Assembly (NCBI RefSeq): GCF_001194135.2
Contig: NC_068998.1
Location: 32,720,295 to 32,784,294, forward strand
From: Octopus bimaculoides
Lineage: Eukaryota
Length of the DNA: 64,000 nt
Direction: 5' to 3'
Shown: piece by piece, positions 38,255 through 51,284 of the stretch
Numbering within the stretch: the first letter of the stretch is position 1
Layout of the letters: every line of letters starts with the position of its first letter
Notes under the pieces: generated by a model
The model's input: the letters and a program-made list of their open reading frames with translations, nothing else
What the model was told of the DNA's origin: nothing
Database searches by the model: none
Position numbers and translations under genes: made by a program

Positions 38255-39432
38255 GGATATCTCACTGGTTCACAAGGAAACAGAAATACCAAAATTACAC
38301 ACTGTTTCTTTGTGGATGATTTTAAAACTTTTTGCAAAGAATATGCATGAGATGAAAAAGATCCTTGACCTAGTTACAACATTTTCAAAGGATGTAGGAT
38401 TGGAGTTTGATCAGGATAAATGTCGTTACATGGTTGTGAAAAGGGGGAGAACTATAAACCAGACTAGTAACATCTCCATTAATGATTTGACTGTTTCCCC
38501 TGTATCTGATGAGGAATGTTACAGGTATCTAGGGGTGGATGAAAATATATCTTACAGTGGCACTTGTAACAAAACACGTGTCACTAAAGAATGTTACAGC
38601 CAAATAAAGAAAATTTGGACCTCAGAACCCTCTGCATTCAATAAAACAGTGGCCCACAATGTATTTGCAGTGCCAGAACTCATACCAACATTTGGGCTGC
38701 ATGATTGGACGCTTTATGAGATCCTAGCCATTACTGTGTAAACCTGAAAAATACTTACAAGCACACATAATTTCCACATAAACAGTGATGTAGACTGCCT
38801 CTATCTAGAACGAAAACAAGGTGGAAGAGGCTTATACATCGATCCAAAATACTTTTGAATGTCGCATCAACCATCAAGTGTCGAAGTGCATCCCTTGACC
38901 AAGTTTGCATACATGAGGCTAATAACATCATAAGACTTGGAAGGCAGCTCTTTGAGCAACACTATTTGACTGATAACCTAGAATACACACCCAAAGAAGT
39001 TGCATGACTCTACTGCAATGTATCATCAGATGAAAGGATGGGCCTATATGAGCAGAAGACTATGCATGGATATGTTAGTAGAAAGCTCCGTAATGATAGT
39101 AACATTGATCCTCAAAGCAGTTTATCCAGGGGCACCGGCAACGATCTCGCTTGAAAAATTTCATGTGTCACCTGCACAAGAGCCAGTCCAGGGGCACTGG
39201 CAACGATCTCCACTCATTATAAAAAGGAATACTGGTGGAATGTGCCAGTGAAGACCTCAATAAAATGTAAGCAGAACAGACCTCATATGATGATTTGGGA
39301 TAGAGAAGAGAAACTGTGCACAGTTGTGGAAATTAGCTGCCCAGTGGATGTTAACATAAAACTGAAGATCAGCAAAAAAGAGAATACCTACATTGAACTA
39401 TTGAGAAATCTGCAGCTACTCTATCCAGATTA
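38255..39432 (+). mobile_element. R4/Dong-clade LINE remnant (RT domains 5-7 to endonuclease, internally deleted)
   Basis: KITHCFFVDD..LFAKNMHEMKKILDLVTTFSKDVGLEFDQDKC and HMMIWDREEKLCTVVEISCPVDVNI. Confidence 0.85.
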
Positions 39433-39439
39433 CATATAT

Positions 39440-39525
39440 ATACGCACCTTGATGCAAGTTGACTGGGAACATGGGCCCACCAAAATTGTTCACAATTGGG
39501 CCCGGCACCTCCGAAGGCCAGCCCT

Positions 39526-39528
<3 letters not shown>
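39440..39528 (-). mobile_element. Single end of a hAT-like non-autonomous transposon
   Basis: Reverse complement begins CAGGGCTGGCCTTCGGAGGTGCCGGGCCC, a CAGGGCCGG-type terminus. Confidence 0.45.
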
Positions 39529-39587
<59 letters not shown>

Positions 39588-39636
39588 AATAAGCTCCTTT
39601 CTCAGAAAAAGAATTTCAATAATTGAAAACAGGAAA

Positions 39637-39667
<31 letters not shown>

Positions 39668-39788
39668 TGCACACACACACACACACACACACACACAACA
39701 CACATACACACACACACACAAACACACACATGCACACACACACACACACACAAACACAAAAGAAGAGTGTGTGTGTGAGTGTGTGTCT

Positions 39789-39830
<42 letters not shown>

Positions 39831-40747
39831 ATGAGTGCAATACAATGAAACAAAGAATTAATATGTAATTGCGAAGTCCAAATGATGTATTTGTAAATTA
39901 ATTCCCAAACGAAATAAATATATTGGATACTAATGACTAATACTTATTTATATTCTTTCTATGTCTGTCTGTAAGTGGAATGAAATATTGACAAAACATT
40001 CTGACAATTTTATAGCGGCCTAATTCTTTTGTCTTCACTGAGTTACCTTTAACTCTCTCCATTTGTTATTTCACTTTCTCATTTACCTGCAGAGTATTAT
40101 GCTTGATGAAAAAAAAAACAAAAAACAACAACAACAACAAAAACCATATAAAGACAAACAAAAACACAAATTTTAGCAACATGAGAAAATATAGGTGTGT
40201 ATGGGTGGGGGTTTGGTTAAAGTTTTCCTCCTGGTATGATGACAACATTCAAGATCCTATTCCATTTTGGGTTTTGTGAAACCAATAAAAGAAAAGAACA
40301 GTAACATGGTTTTGCATATCAAGCAAATATTCCGAAGTAAGCATTCCAGTTTCAGAAAGCCAGTCAAGATTATTGACAGAATCATTGTAAATAGACAAAT
40401 CAGGAAAAATTATTATAAGCAGAATACAATAGAAAAAGTAAAAGAAAACATTTCATACTCCTTGTGGGTAACATATTCATAGAAATAAAATGTTTATTTC
40501 AGATAAGATATTTGATAAGTTTTGATTTACTTAAAATAAATTGCAAATGCATGCCTTGTATGGTTTATGTGTACTTGAACGTAAAACACATTCAAAACAC
40601 TTCATAATGTAAGGGAGATAACTCTACATATAAAGCAAATTTCAGGGGGATAACTCCCAATCAAAATTATTTTTAATGTCAGCAACTATATTCTGTTTTT
40701 GTGTATATTATGAATACATGCGTGCGTATGCGCAGTAAACATATACG

Positions 40748-40951
40748 CTTATCTTTTATCAATTAATTGTTTCTGTCAGCAGACTGCAGCCGCGTTGAGG
40801 CACCGCCTCGAAGAATTTTAGTCGAACAAATCGGCCACAATACTTATTTTTTGAAGCCTTGTTCTTTTCCCGAACGACTAAGTTACGGGGACGGGAACAT
40901 ACCAGTACCAGGTGTGGGGCGGTGGTGGACGACAAACACAAAGACACAGGC

Positions 40952-41001
<50 letters not shown>

Positions 41002-41160
41002 GACAGGCTACTTTGAGTTTACGTCAACCAAATCTTCCCGTAAGGCTTTGGTCGGCCCAACGTTATAGTAAAAGACACTTACCTAAGATGCCTTATGGTA
41101 AGACCTGAACCGAGAACCATGTGGTTGGGAAGCAAAATTCTTACCACACAGGCACACCTG
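40748..41160 (-). mobile_element. SINE family A (CpG-rich, relatively young-looking)
   Basis: Complete reverse-complement copy retaining many CpGs. Confidence 0.85.
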
Positions 41161-41187
41161 CACCCAGCCACTCCTGTTTATAATATA

Positions 41188-41607
41188 TATATTGGGGTGG
41201 AGCGAAAAATGCAACTTTCGAAATTGGTAACCAAGAATTGATAATTTGTTGCGCATTAGGGTTACTTTTTTAGGCTCCACAACGCAATTGAAAATTTTTA
41301 AAATAGCTATTTTGGGTCAAATTTTGGATTTCATGGTTTATAGCTCATAACGAAAACATATTTCTACATAGCAGAATGCAAACAGTGAATCATCCAACTA
41401 TGGTAGTAGTTGAATAATATTCTTAAGGCCACAATTTACTCACACGCAGCATATCAGAGCTTTGTCGCTAATTCAGTTCTTAACCAAATTGAAAACTGTT
41501 TTATATTTAAGAAATGAGGAATTATGTACATTATTTACATTTGACTTTTTTTTTTCAAATGTAAATAATGTAAATAATGTAAATTGAAAACTTAACATTT
41601 TTGAAGA
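41188..41607 (+). mobile_element. Probable DNA-transposon end (TAGGGTG-like terminus, hATm-like, tentative)
   Basis: Begins TTGGGGTGGAGCGAAAAATGC directly after (TA)n; the partner end was not found. Confidence 0.3.
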
Positions 41608-42511
41608 NNNNNNNNNNNNNNNNNNNNNNNNNNNNNNNNNNNNNNNNNNNNNNNNNNNNNNNNNNNNNNNNNNNNNNNNNNNNNNNNNNNNNNNNNNNNN
41701 NNNNNNNNNNNNNNNNNNNNNNNNNNNNNNNNNNNNNNNNNNNNNNNNNNNNNNNNNNNNNNNNNNNNNNNNNNNNNNNNNNNNNNNNNNNNNNNNNNNN
41801 NNNNNNNNNNNNNNNNNNNNNNNNNNNNNNNNNNNNNNNNNNNNNNNNNNNNNNNNNNNNNNNNNNNNNNNNNNNNNNNNNNNNNNNNNNNNNNNNNNNN
41901 NNNNNNNNNNNNNNNNNNNNNNNNNNNNNNNNNNNNNNNNNNNNNNNNNNNNNNNNNNNNNNNNNNNNNNNNNNNNNNNNNNNNNNNNNNNNNNNNNNNN
42001 NNNNNNNNNNNNNNNNNNNNNNNNNNNNNNNNNNNNNNNNNNNNNNNNNNNNNNNNNNNNNNNNNNNNNNNNNNNNNNNNNNNNNNNNNNNNNNNNNNNN
42101 NNNNNNNNNNNNNNNNNNNNNNNNNNNNNNNNNNNNNNNNNNNNNNNNNNNNNNNNNNNNNNNNNNNNNNNNNNNNNNNNNNNNNNNNNNNNNNNNNNNN
42201 NNNNNNNNNNNNNNNNNNNNNNNNNNNNNNNNNNNNNNNNNNNNNNNNNNNNNNNNNNNNNNNNNNNNNNNNNNNNNNNNNNNNNNNNNNNNNNNNNNNN
42301 NNNNNNNNNNNNNNNNNNNNNNNNNNNNNNNNNNNNNNNNNNNNNNNNNNNNNNNNNNNNNNNNNNNNNNNNNNNNNNNNNNNNNNNNNNNNNNNNNNNN
42401 NNNNNNNNNNNNNNNNNNNNNNNNNNNNNNNNNNNNNNNNNNNNNNNNNNNNNNNNNNNNNNNNNNNNNNNNNNNNNNNNNNNNNNNNNNNNNNNNNNNN
42501 NNNNNNNNNNN

Positions 42512-42586
42512 AGAGAGTGAGTGACAGCATACATTTTTTCATTTATTTTTTCTCGCATCTTTTTTCAGTGTATGTGTGAGTGATTC

Positions 42587-42621
<35 letters not shown>

Positions 42622-42656
42622 GTGCGTTGTTGTTGTTGTTGTTGTTGTTGTTGCTG

Positions 42657-42688
<32 letters not shown>

Positions 42689-43025
42689 TAGAGAGAGAAA
42701 GTGATAGTGTCAATTTTACTTAGCTACTTATACATACATGCAAAAAAAAAATTGCATGACAACACACACTTTCACTCACTGGCTGACTTTTTCTCTCTCC
42801 CTCACAAGCACACATATAAAAAACACGTATGCATGTGTATTTATGCATGTATGTGTATATGACAAATAATGGGTGTATGTTTGTGTTTGTGTGCATGTGT
42901 GACTGACCCTAGCCATTTTACACATACATTGCAACAACTCTCTCTCTCCCTCTCTCAGTCAATCACTCACATCACACACTAAAAAAAGATGCGAGAAAAA
43001 GTAAAAAAATATAATTTATGCTATT

Positions 43026-43066
<41 letters not shown>

Positions 43067-43132
43067 CAATCACTCATGCACTCAAAAAAGATGTGAGAAA
43101 AAATAAATTAAAAAATGTATGCTGTCACTCTC
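42512..43132. repeat. Three copies of a ~75-bp unit (one inverted, two direct) among GA/CA microsatellites
   Basis: CAGTCAATCACTCA...AAAAAAGATG(C/T)GAGAAAAA...ATGCT at ~42955 and ~43062; reverse complement at 42512-42590. Confidence 0.75.
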
Positions 43133-43174
43133 TCCCTCACACACACACACACAATAACAACAACAACACACACC

Positions 43175-43237
<63 letters not shown>

Positions 43238-43344
43238 ACAACACACACTTTAAATTTGTTATTCACTTTTCAATAAGGTAAAATCTTAAATTATTAATTG
43301 ACACATTATTAATTAGCATAATAGCATAGCCTGGAAAAAACATG

Positions 43345-45432
43345 GATTACATGGGAAAATGCAAGCAAGAGAAATAGTATTCTTAAGATTATAAACCTGG
43401 AACAGTACAGGACAAGTTATTACACTTGGAAAAGTTCAAGACAAGTTATTACAGCTGATAAAGTACAGAACAAGAAAATTTTACTTAAAATATTGCAGCT
43501 AAGGATAAAATCTGAATATTAAAAATTATTTGATTTTAATTCACAAAGTAACATCTATATATATAAAAATGAGAATGTGTGTGTGTCTGTCTGTCTGTCT
43601 GTCTGTGTGAATCCCTAAAACTCGAGAACTACGCAACCAATTTCATTCAAATTTTACACATGCCTTACTTAGGGTTCCAGTTGTGTTTTAGTCAAAAAAG
43701 ATTATTAACTTCTTGCAGAGTTCGAGCACACAGCAACATAATATCTCCTCCACTATTTAAGTATTACGTGTCAAAAGTGAAACAAAAACACNNNNNNNNN
43801 NNNNNNNNNNNNNNNNNNNNNNNNNNNNNNNNNNNNNNNNNNNNNNNNNNNNNNNNNNNNNNNNNNNNNNNNNNNNNNNNNNNNNNNNNNNNNNNNNNNN
43901 NNNNNNNNNNNNNNNNNNNNNNNNNNNNNNNNNNNNNNNNNNNNNNNNNNNNNNNNNNNNNNNNNNNNNNNNNNNNNNNNNNNNNNNNNNNNNNNNNNNN
44001 NNNNNNNNNNNNNNNNNNNNNNNNNNNNNNNNNNNNNNNNNNNNNNNNNNNNNNNNNNNNNNNNNNNNNNNNNNNNNNNNNNNNNNNNNNNNNNNNNNNN
44101 NNNNNNNNNNNNNNNNNNNNNNNNNNNNNNNNNNNNNNNNNNNNNNNNNNNNNNNNNNNNNNNNNNNNNNNNNNNNNNNNNNNNNNNNNNNNNNNNNNNN
44201 NNNNNNNNNNNNNNNNNNNNNNNNNNNNNNNNNNNNNNNNNNNNNNNNNNNNNNNNNNNNNNNNNNNNNNNNNNNNNNNNNNNNNNNNNNNNNNNNNNNN
44301 NNNNNNNNNNNNNNNNNNNNNNNNNNNNNNNNNNNNNNNNNNNNNNNNNNNNNNNNNNNNNNNNNNNNNNNNNNNNNNNNNNNNNNNNNNNNNNNNNNNN
44401 NNNNNNNNNNNNNNNNNNNNNNNNNNNNNNNNNNNNNNNNNNNNNNNNNNNNNNNNNNNNNNNNNNNNNNNNNNNNNNNNNNNNNNNNNNNNNNNNNNNN
44501 NNNNNNNNNNNNNNNNNNNNNNNNNNNNNNNNNNNNNNNNNNNNNNNNNNNNNNNNNNNNNNNNNNNNNNNNNNNNNNNNNNNNNNNNNNNNNNNNNNNN
44601 NNNNNNNNNNNNNNNNNNNNNNNNNNNNNNNNNNNNNNNNNNNNNNNNNNNNNNNNGGAAAACAAGGAACATAATTTACAATGAGGTGTTATAATCACAA
44701 CAGCAAGAAAGTATGTACATGATCACCTTTTACGAAACTTCATTGACTTTCATATATTTATATTGATATACATATATATACATGTGTTTGGGTGCGTGTG
44801 TGTATATACATCTCTATATATAAAGATGATGCATAGTCTAGACGGCGTTTTTAGATTTCATTATTCTCTTTAACCCGGGGAACGCCGGGTATTTCTGCTA
44901 GTAATTAATAAAGATACCATCATTTGGTTAAAATATTGACACACTAGAATACTTTAAAAATGAGAGCCAGAAGTACCAATATATTTATGCAAAGTAGAAT
45001 AGTATATATGGTAGGCAAATTCATTATGTAGAAAATAGGCATTGGGTGAAGAGTAAAAATGTGAAGACTTGGCAATAACATAGGCAATAACTCAAGCAAA
45101 TTTTACTGTGAATTTCTTATAGGTAGATTTTACTGTAATATATAACTAATCTTTTATTATTCTATTTATTGTACTAACTAATTATGTACTACTATTATTT
45201 TTATTACCTATTTTCAAATTTCTAATTATTGATTAATAATTTTAAAACTGAATTTTTTTTAAAGTGCAAAAAATATTTTAATTGAGTTATTTTCAATAGA
45301 ATTAACAAGTAAGAACAAATTGAAGTAATAACTTGTTCTGGACTTTTCCAAATGTTATAACCTGTCGTGTACTTTTCCAGGTTTATAATCTTAAGAATAT
45401 TATTTTTCTTGTTCGCATTTTTCCATGTAATA
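43345..45432. mobile_element. Foldback-like element with >=110-bp TIRs built of ~25-30-bp subrepeats
   Basis: 43345-43455 is the reverse complement of 45325-45432 (TATTCTTAAGATTATAAACCTGGAA...ACAAGTTATTAC). Confidence 0.75.
43554..44901 (+). mobile_element. Non-autonomous Helitron (one element, or a long one plus a mini copy from ~44811)
   Basis: 5' A|TCTATATATATAAAAATG; 3' hairpin CCCGGGGAACGCCGGG then CTAG|T at 44898-44902 (AT target, no TSD). The middle is an N-gap. Confidence 0.8.
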
Positions 45433-45654
45433 TAGTATCCTCAAGAGGTTGCATACCAAGTTTCAATCCAATTGAATAATATCTTGGAGTTCCACATTGA
45501 CTATAAAAAGAACAGGAGCGTGAACTTCTGACCAGTGCCGCTGCAACGGTTGTTGCATGTGGGTGTACATTGTATGTGTGTGAAGTTTTCTGTTTTGTAC
45601 CTTGACTTTAGGGTATTGTATTAAATTTAGTGTTGTTTACATTTAGTGATGACT

Positions 45655-46190
45655 CATAAGCCAATAACGTGTCATGATACTGAATGCCCAATATTTGGTA
45701 CTCTATGTGATCTTAGTGAGTGGATTTTGCGAACTTACAAGGACGTACTAAAATGTGTTTCAATTGGAATGAGAAAAAGGAAAGAATGTAGTTAAGAAAG
45801 ATCATTGAATTATACAAGTTGTAAAGATTGTAGCAGAAAAGATAATTCTTCTTTGGCAAAAGGCAGCCATCCCTTGTGTTATGACTGAGTCAGTTAAACT
45901 GAAAATCTTAAACTTTTATCTAAAGTACCAAGCATTACTAAAATCTGTGAAAAATAGAAAAAATGTGTCATCATTTCAAACAAAGTGTAATGTGTTTAAA
46001 AACAATGCAACAAAAGATTTATTTCACATTTCCTGTTGCAAGTGCAACTCTTTTAAAAATTGCAGTGTAGTAGAGACAAAAAAGTACCATAGAAAGAACA
46101 AGATTTTTTACAGGATCAGCGGACAAATCAAAAAATGATCATTGGCAGAATAGATCAAGCAGTACCGAAAAAGAATGTTCATAAATTGAT
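45655..46190 (+). mobile_element. Decayed hAT (hATm-like) transposase N-terminal region
   Basis: TECPIFGTLCDL...VAEKIILLWQKAAIPCV...LFHISCCKC...EQDFLQDQRT..KMIIGRID, a pattern I associate with hATm-type transposases. Confidence 0.6.
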
Positions 46191-46736
46191 TATAAAGAAT
46201 TATCTTTGCTACTACAATCTTGACAATTTGCTTTATTTATTTCAATGTGTGTAATCTAGATCTCATGTAACACATATATTCGGTGACCTAGTATCAAAAA
46301 TAATAAAGAAAACAAAGTCAAAAATTCTTTTTATTTCACATATTTCAAAATTTCAGGAGCATTGTGGAACCTGAAGATATAAATTTTAGAGTTTAGGGCT
46401 GGAGTAATATTATTTTATTATGGATTAGTGCTTTCATTCTTTATGGAATTTTTCAAAGATTGTGCTTTTTGACACAGTGTGGACTGAGAGGCTGCTAGTA
46501 TTAAAAAGAGTGTTAAATACTTATAGTACACAAATTGATCACTCCACTTCTCTGAAGCTACTGGATTTCTGTGTATATAAATATAAATAGATTCCTTACT
46601 CTTCTGGGCTTGGTCAAGTGATGTAGACACCTGACAAGGAACCGATAAAGTTCAAAAATCGATTAAGACTGTTCATAGTTTATTTCAATCTACAGAGAAA
46701 TAATTAAATTTGCCCTGTTTGTTTGTCTATGTAGGT

Positions 46737-46767
<31 letters not shown>

Positions 46768-46983
46768 GGGCAACCAGATCGAACCGTCTCAAGTGTAACT
46801 GCCCGAAATGGTTGTGACGTCTGGTACTTGACTGAAGAAAGAAGGTCACGAATGACCCATCTTTTTTTGCCTGTCCTTCTAATTGTTGTTTCTCTTGTCT
46901 GCTTTTGTATCGTCTATCTGTCTGAATGTTTTTATTGTCCTCTATTGCATTTTTGTTCCATTTACATGTGTATATATATATAT

Positions 46984-48427
46984 ATGCCCCTGGGTGCTCC
47001 TCTATGCTGATGACCTTGCCCTAATTGCGGAGTCACTATCAGAACTAGAGGAGAAGTTTCAGGTGTGGAAGCAAGGTCTACAATTGAAGGGCCTTAGAGT
47101 CAACCTAGCTAAAAACAAAATCCTAATAAGTAGGAAGGTAGATAAAACACAAACCCCTTCAGGTAGATGGCCCTGCTCAGTATGTAGAAAAGGAGTAGGT
47201 AGTAACTCTATAAGATGTACCCGGTGCAAGCTATGGACACATAAGAGGTGCAGCAACATCAAAGGCAGGTTAACTAGGAAGTTAGTTTTTGTTTGTGGCA
47301 GATGTTCAGGTGCAATAAAGACTGTAAACAANNNNNNNNNNNNNNNNNNNNNNNNNNNNNNNNNNNNNNNNNNNNNNNNNNNNNNNNNNNNNNNNNNNNN
47401 NNNNNNNNNNNNNNNNNNNNNNNNNNNNNNNNNNNNNNNNNNNNNNNNNNNNNNNNNNNNNNNNNNNNNNNNNNNNNNNNNNNNNNNNNNNNNNNNNNNN
47501 NNNNNNNNNNNNNNNNNNNNNNNNNNNNNNNNNNNNNNNNNNNNNNNNNNNNNNNNNNNNNNNNNNNNNNNNNNNNNNNNNNNNNNNNNNNNNNNNNNNN
47601 NNNNNNNNNNNNNNNNNNNNNNNNNNNNNNNNNNNNNNNNNNNNNNNNNNNNNNNNNNNNNNNNNNNNNNNNNNNNNNNNNNNNNNNNNNNNNNNNNNNN
47701 NNNNNNNNNNNNNNNNNNNNNNNNNNNNNNNNNNNNNNNNNNNNNNNNNNNNNNNNNNNNNNNNNNNNNNNNNNNNNNNNNNNNNNNNNNNNNNNNNNNN
47801 NNNNNNNNNNNNNNNNNNNNNNNNNNNNNNNNNNNNNNNNNNNNNNNNNNNNNNNNNNNNNNNNNNNNNNNNNNNNNNNNNNNNNNNNNNNNNNNNNNNN
47901 NNNNNNNNNNNNNNNNNNNNNNNNNNNNNNNNNNNNNNNNNNNNNNNNNNNNNNNNNNNNNNNNNNNNNNNNNNNNNNNNNNNNNNNNNNNNNNNNNNNN
48001 NNNNNNNNNNNNNNNNNNNNNNNNNNNNNNNNNNNNNNNNNNNNNNNNNNNNNNNNNNNNNNNNNNNNNNNNNNNNNNNNNNNNNNNNNNNNNNNNNNNN
48101 NNNNNNNNNNNNNNNNNNNNNNNNNNNNNNNNNNNNNNNNNNNNNNNNNNNNNNNNNNNNNNNNNNNNNNNNNNNNNNNNNNNNNNNNNNNNNNNNNNNN
48201 NNNNNNNNNNNNNNNNNNNNNNNNNNNNNNNNGGCTGTTTTCGTGCGGGTGACACGTAAAAGCACCCACTACACTCTCTGAGTGGTTGGCGTTAGGAAGG
48301 GCATCCAGCTGTAGAAACTCTGCCAAATTAGATTGGAGCCTGGTGTTGCCATCCGGTTTCACCAGTCCTCAGTCAAATCGTCCAACCCATGCTAGCATGG
48401 AAAGCGGACGTTAAACGATGATGATGA
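46984..48427 (+). mobile_element. RTE-clade LINE, 5'-truncated, spanning an N-gap
   Basis: CPWVLLYADDLALIAESLSELEEKF...GRWPCSVCRKGVGSNSIRCTRCKLWTHKRC. The 3' UTR and (GAT)n tail follow the gap. Confidence 0.93.
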
Positions 48428-48466
48428 TATATATATATATATATATAAATATACATACATACATAC

Positions 48467-48504
<38 letters not shown>

Positions 48505-50025
48505 ACTCTTCTCAGGTCAATTTCATCCTCTTACATTTTTCTTTCTGTGATGGCTGTGGTAGTGAACTTGGAGGGCTAGAGGTCAGGAGCTCTTTTCAGA
48601 TCTTAAACACGGTGGACCTGGCCACATTTAACAAAGTTATATCCTCAGAATCACAATGGCTGATGTGTCATTGAAAACATAATGCCTTGTCATCACATAC
48701 ATTAGATTTTAAGCTTCCATTTTGGGGCTGAAAAAAAGAGAGGATATTTAGTTAAGGTTTGGGCCACATATAGTTTTTTAAAGTTTTGTTCTTAGATAGG
48801 TGACACACCCTGTATTCATGCATCTATATGTGTGTATGTGCATGTATGTGTGTGTTTCTGTCTCCTTGCTTTGACTTTGCATGATAGTTGGGAATGTGAG
48901 TCACTGCCATGTAAGTGGTGTCCTTCATTCCCAATCATCCATGAAAATATATCTGGTCATGGAAAAATATTACCTTACTTGGAAACAGATAAAGGTTGGC
49001 AACAGGGAAGGCATCTGGTCATAGTAAAATATGCTTCCACACATCTTGTTCAACTCATGCGAACATGGGAAAGTGGACATTAAAACAATAATGCTGATAT
49101 GTGCATGTGTATGAGAGAGAGAAGAGACAGAGAATGAGAGAGATGGCAGTTGATTGTTGAAAAGTGTCAGGAATTCAAATATTCTAAATAAATTTGTTTG
49201 CTTCTGTTTGGAGTTTGGATAGAGAATAAGTGGGTTTCAGGAGTGGCCCATTAAGATGTTTGAATTGCAGCTTCAACATTAACCAGATGATGCTGTCAAC
49301 AGTTACAGAAAATATTTTTGCTCTCTTTTGAATTAGCTTCTGCAGTAAAGAGACACCATGTAGTTTCAAAAAATTATCCCAAGTAGTTTATGTGTTGGAA
49401 CTGTTAAATCTAAAATTTCTGTTTAGTGGCAAAACTGGCTTCTTTAAAACAACTACAATATGAATGATCCCACAAGTTTGTCTCTGTACGAGTGTTGTAG
49501 ATGTTGTTGATATTTAAAAGAATTTTGTCACATGATATGAAATGTTTTTCTTCTATTAATTGTTCATTAAAATGTTAAAAGTCATCCACTGGCACAAACT
49601 CTTCTCTGAATTCGAACCTGGATGATCACTTAAATGATCATCTTTAAAAAGTTTAAAAACTTTAATATCTACAATTTTTTTATGAATATTTAACTTTTCC
49701 TTTCTTTTCCCTCTGACTGTTTGGACATGTAAACCTCCTTTTCATTGCAAGAACACTATTAAACACCTCCAGTTATCTAACTTTAGCAATTTCAAAATAT
49801 GTGACTCTCTGTGAGTATGTAATCCATTAATTTCTCCTAGCATCTTGAACATGCAAACATTCCTCTCTCATATCCAGGAAAATTTGTAGCTTCTCCAAAC
49901 ACTTTCCAGAACTGATTAAAGTACAGGAGATAAACAATTGCTAATATTTACAAGCTGCACAATTACAAAACCTGTAAATCACAGCAAAACTTGTAAAAAG
50001 AAGAGAAAATTCAAGAGTGTAAATA

Positions 50026-50082
<57 letters not shown>

Positions 50083-50454
50083 ATATATTATTTTCCTATT
50101 ATTTTTCTAATTAAAACAGAACAAGGTGAATTGTTTTTTTTTTTCCCAAGGTCACCACACCCATGCAGTAGTAAACACATATTTGACCTCTGCTTTAGGG
50201 AGTGCTTGCTCTTTTGTTTTTTGATCATGCAGGAATGCAAAGGCTCATTATTGATCTCATTGTCACCATCTGCTGAACCTATTTACAGACTATTGGTATT
50301 TGGTTGTGTCCACTAAGCTGCTTCTCTTCTTCCTACTATCCACTCCAGTCCTCACGTACTTATGATTGTCTCAAGGCAACATTTGAAACTAAGCAATATT
50401 TAATAATACTACACAGTAGTAGGAGCAGCTCTGTAACAGCTCGTAACAATGATG

Positions 50455-51235
50455 GGTACTTTTTGGTTATCTCACCCCCATTAAAAAATTGCTATTAAAA
50501 ATTGGGGTTATCTCCCCACTAAAACTTGGGTTATCTCCTATATATAAAAACCACTTTTTTTCAAGTGAGCTTTATATATATGTCTTATTAATTTTTCTTG
50601 AGATTAATTTACCTTTAGAACATTTTAAGAACTAATATAAATACTATCTTCATAATATAAAGCAAACATCACAATTTTTTAAAGATGTATTGTAGAGTTT
50701 AATCTTAATAAATATTCACCATTTGAGAAAGCTTTTCGAAGATAGTTCAATCGGGAAGAGTCCATTTGCAAACACACATAATAGAAGATGATATAAGACC
50801 GGGTACTACCATCATAAGTGACAAATGGTCAGCATATAAAAATATAATTGATATTAGTCATTGTCAACATCTCACTGTGAATCATTCTCTACACTTTGTC
50901 AGTTCTACTAATGGAGCTCGCACCCAAAATATTGAAAGACTTTGGAAGAGTGCTAAAGAAAAAAATAAAAGACAGAATGGCATTCACAGAAGTCTACTGG
51001 ATTCATATATGTGCGAGTTTATGTGGCAACAAGAGATTGGATTAAAAGGGTTAGATCCTTTTGATTCAATACTTCAACACATTGTTGAGTTTTGGCCTCC
51101 TCTCAAATGATTTGTTATAAAAATATTATCAGGTTCAATACGATGTTTCATTTTTTCGCTTCTCATGTTTATTGTGTGTGTGTGTGTGTGTCTGTCTGTA
51201 TCTGTGAGTGTGTGTCTAATATGTTAATATATATA

Positions 51236-51284
<49 letters not shown>

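Noticed and set aside
15066-48362. Long ORFs of 200-450 aa in the ORF track
   Set aside because: They are artefacts of N-gaps (poly-X) and of TA/CA microsatellites.
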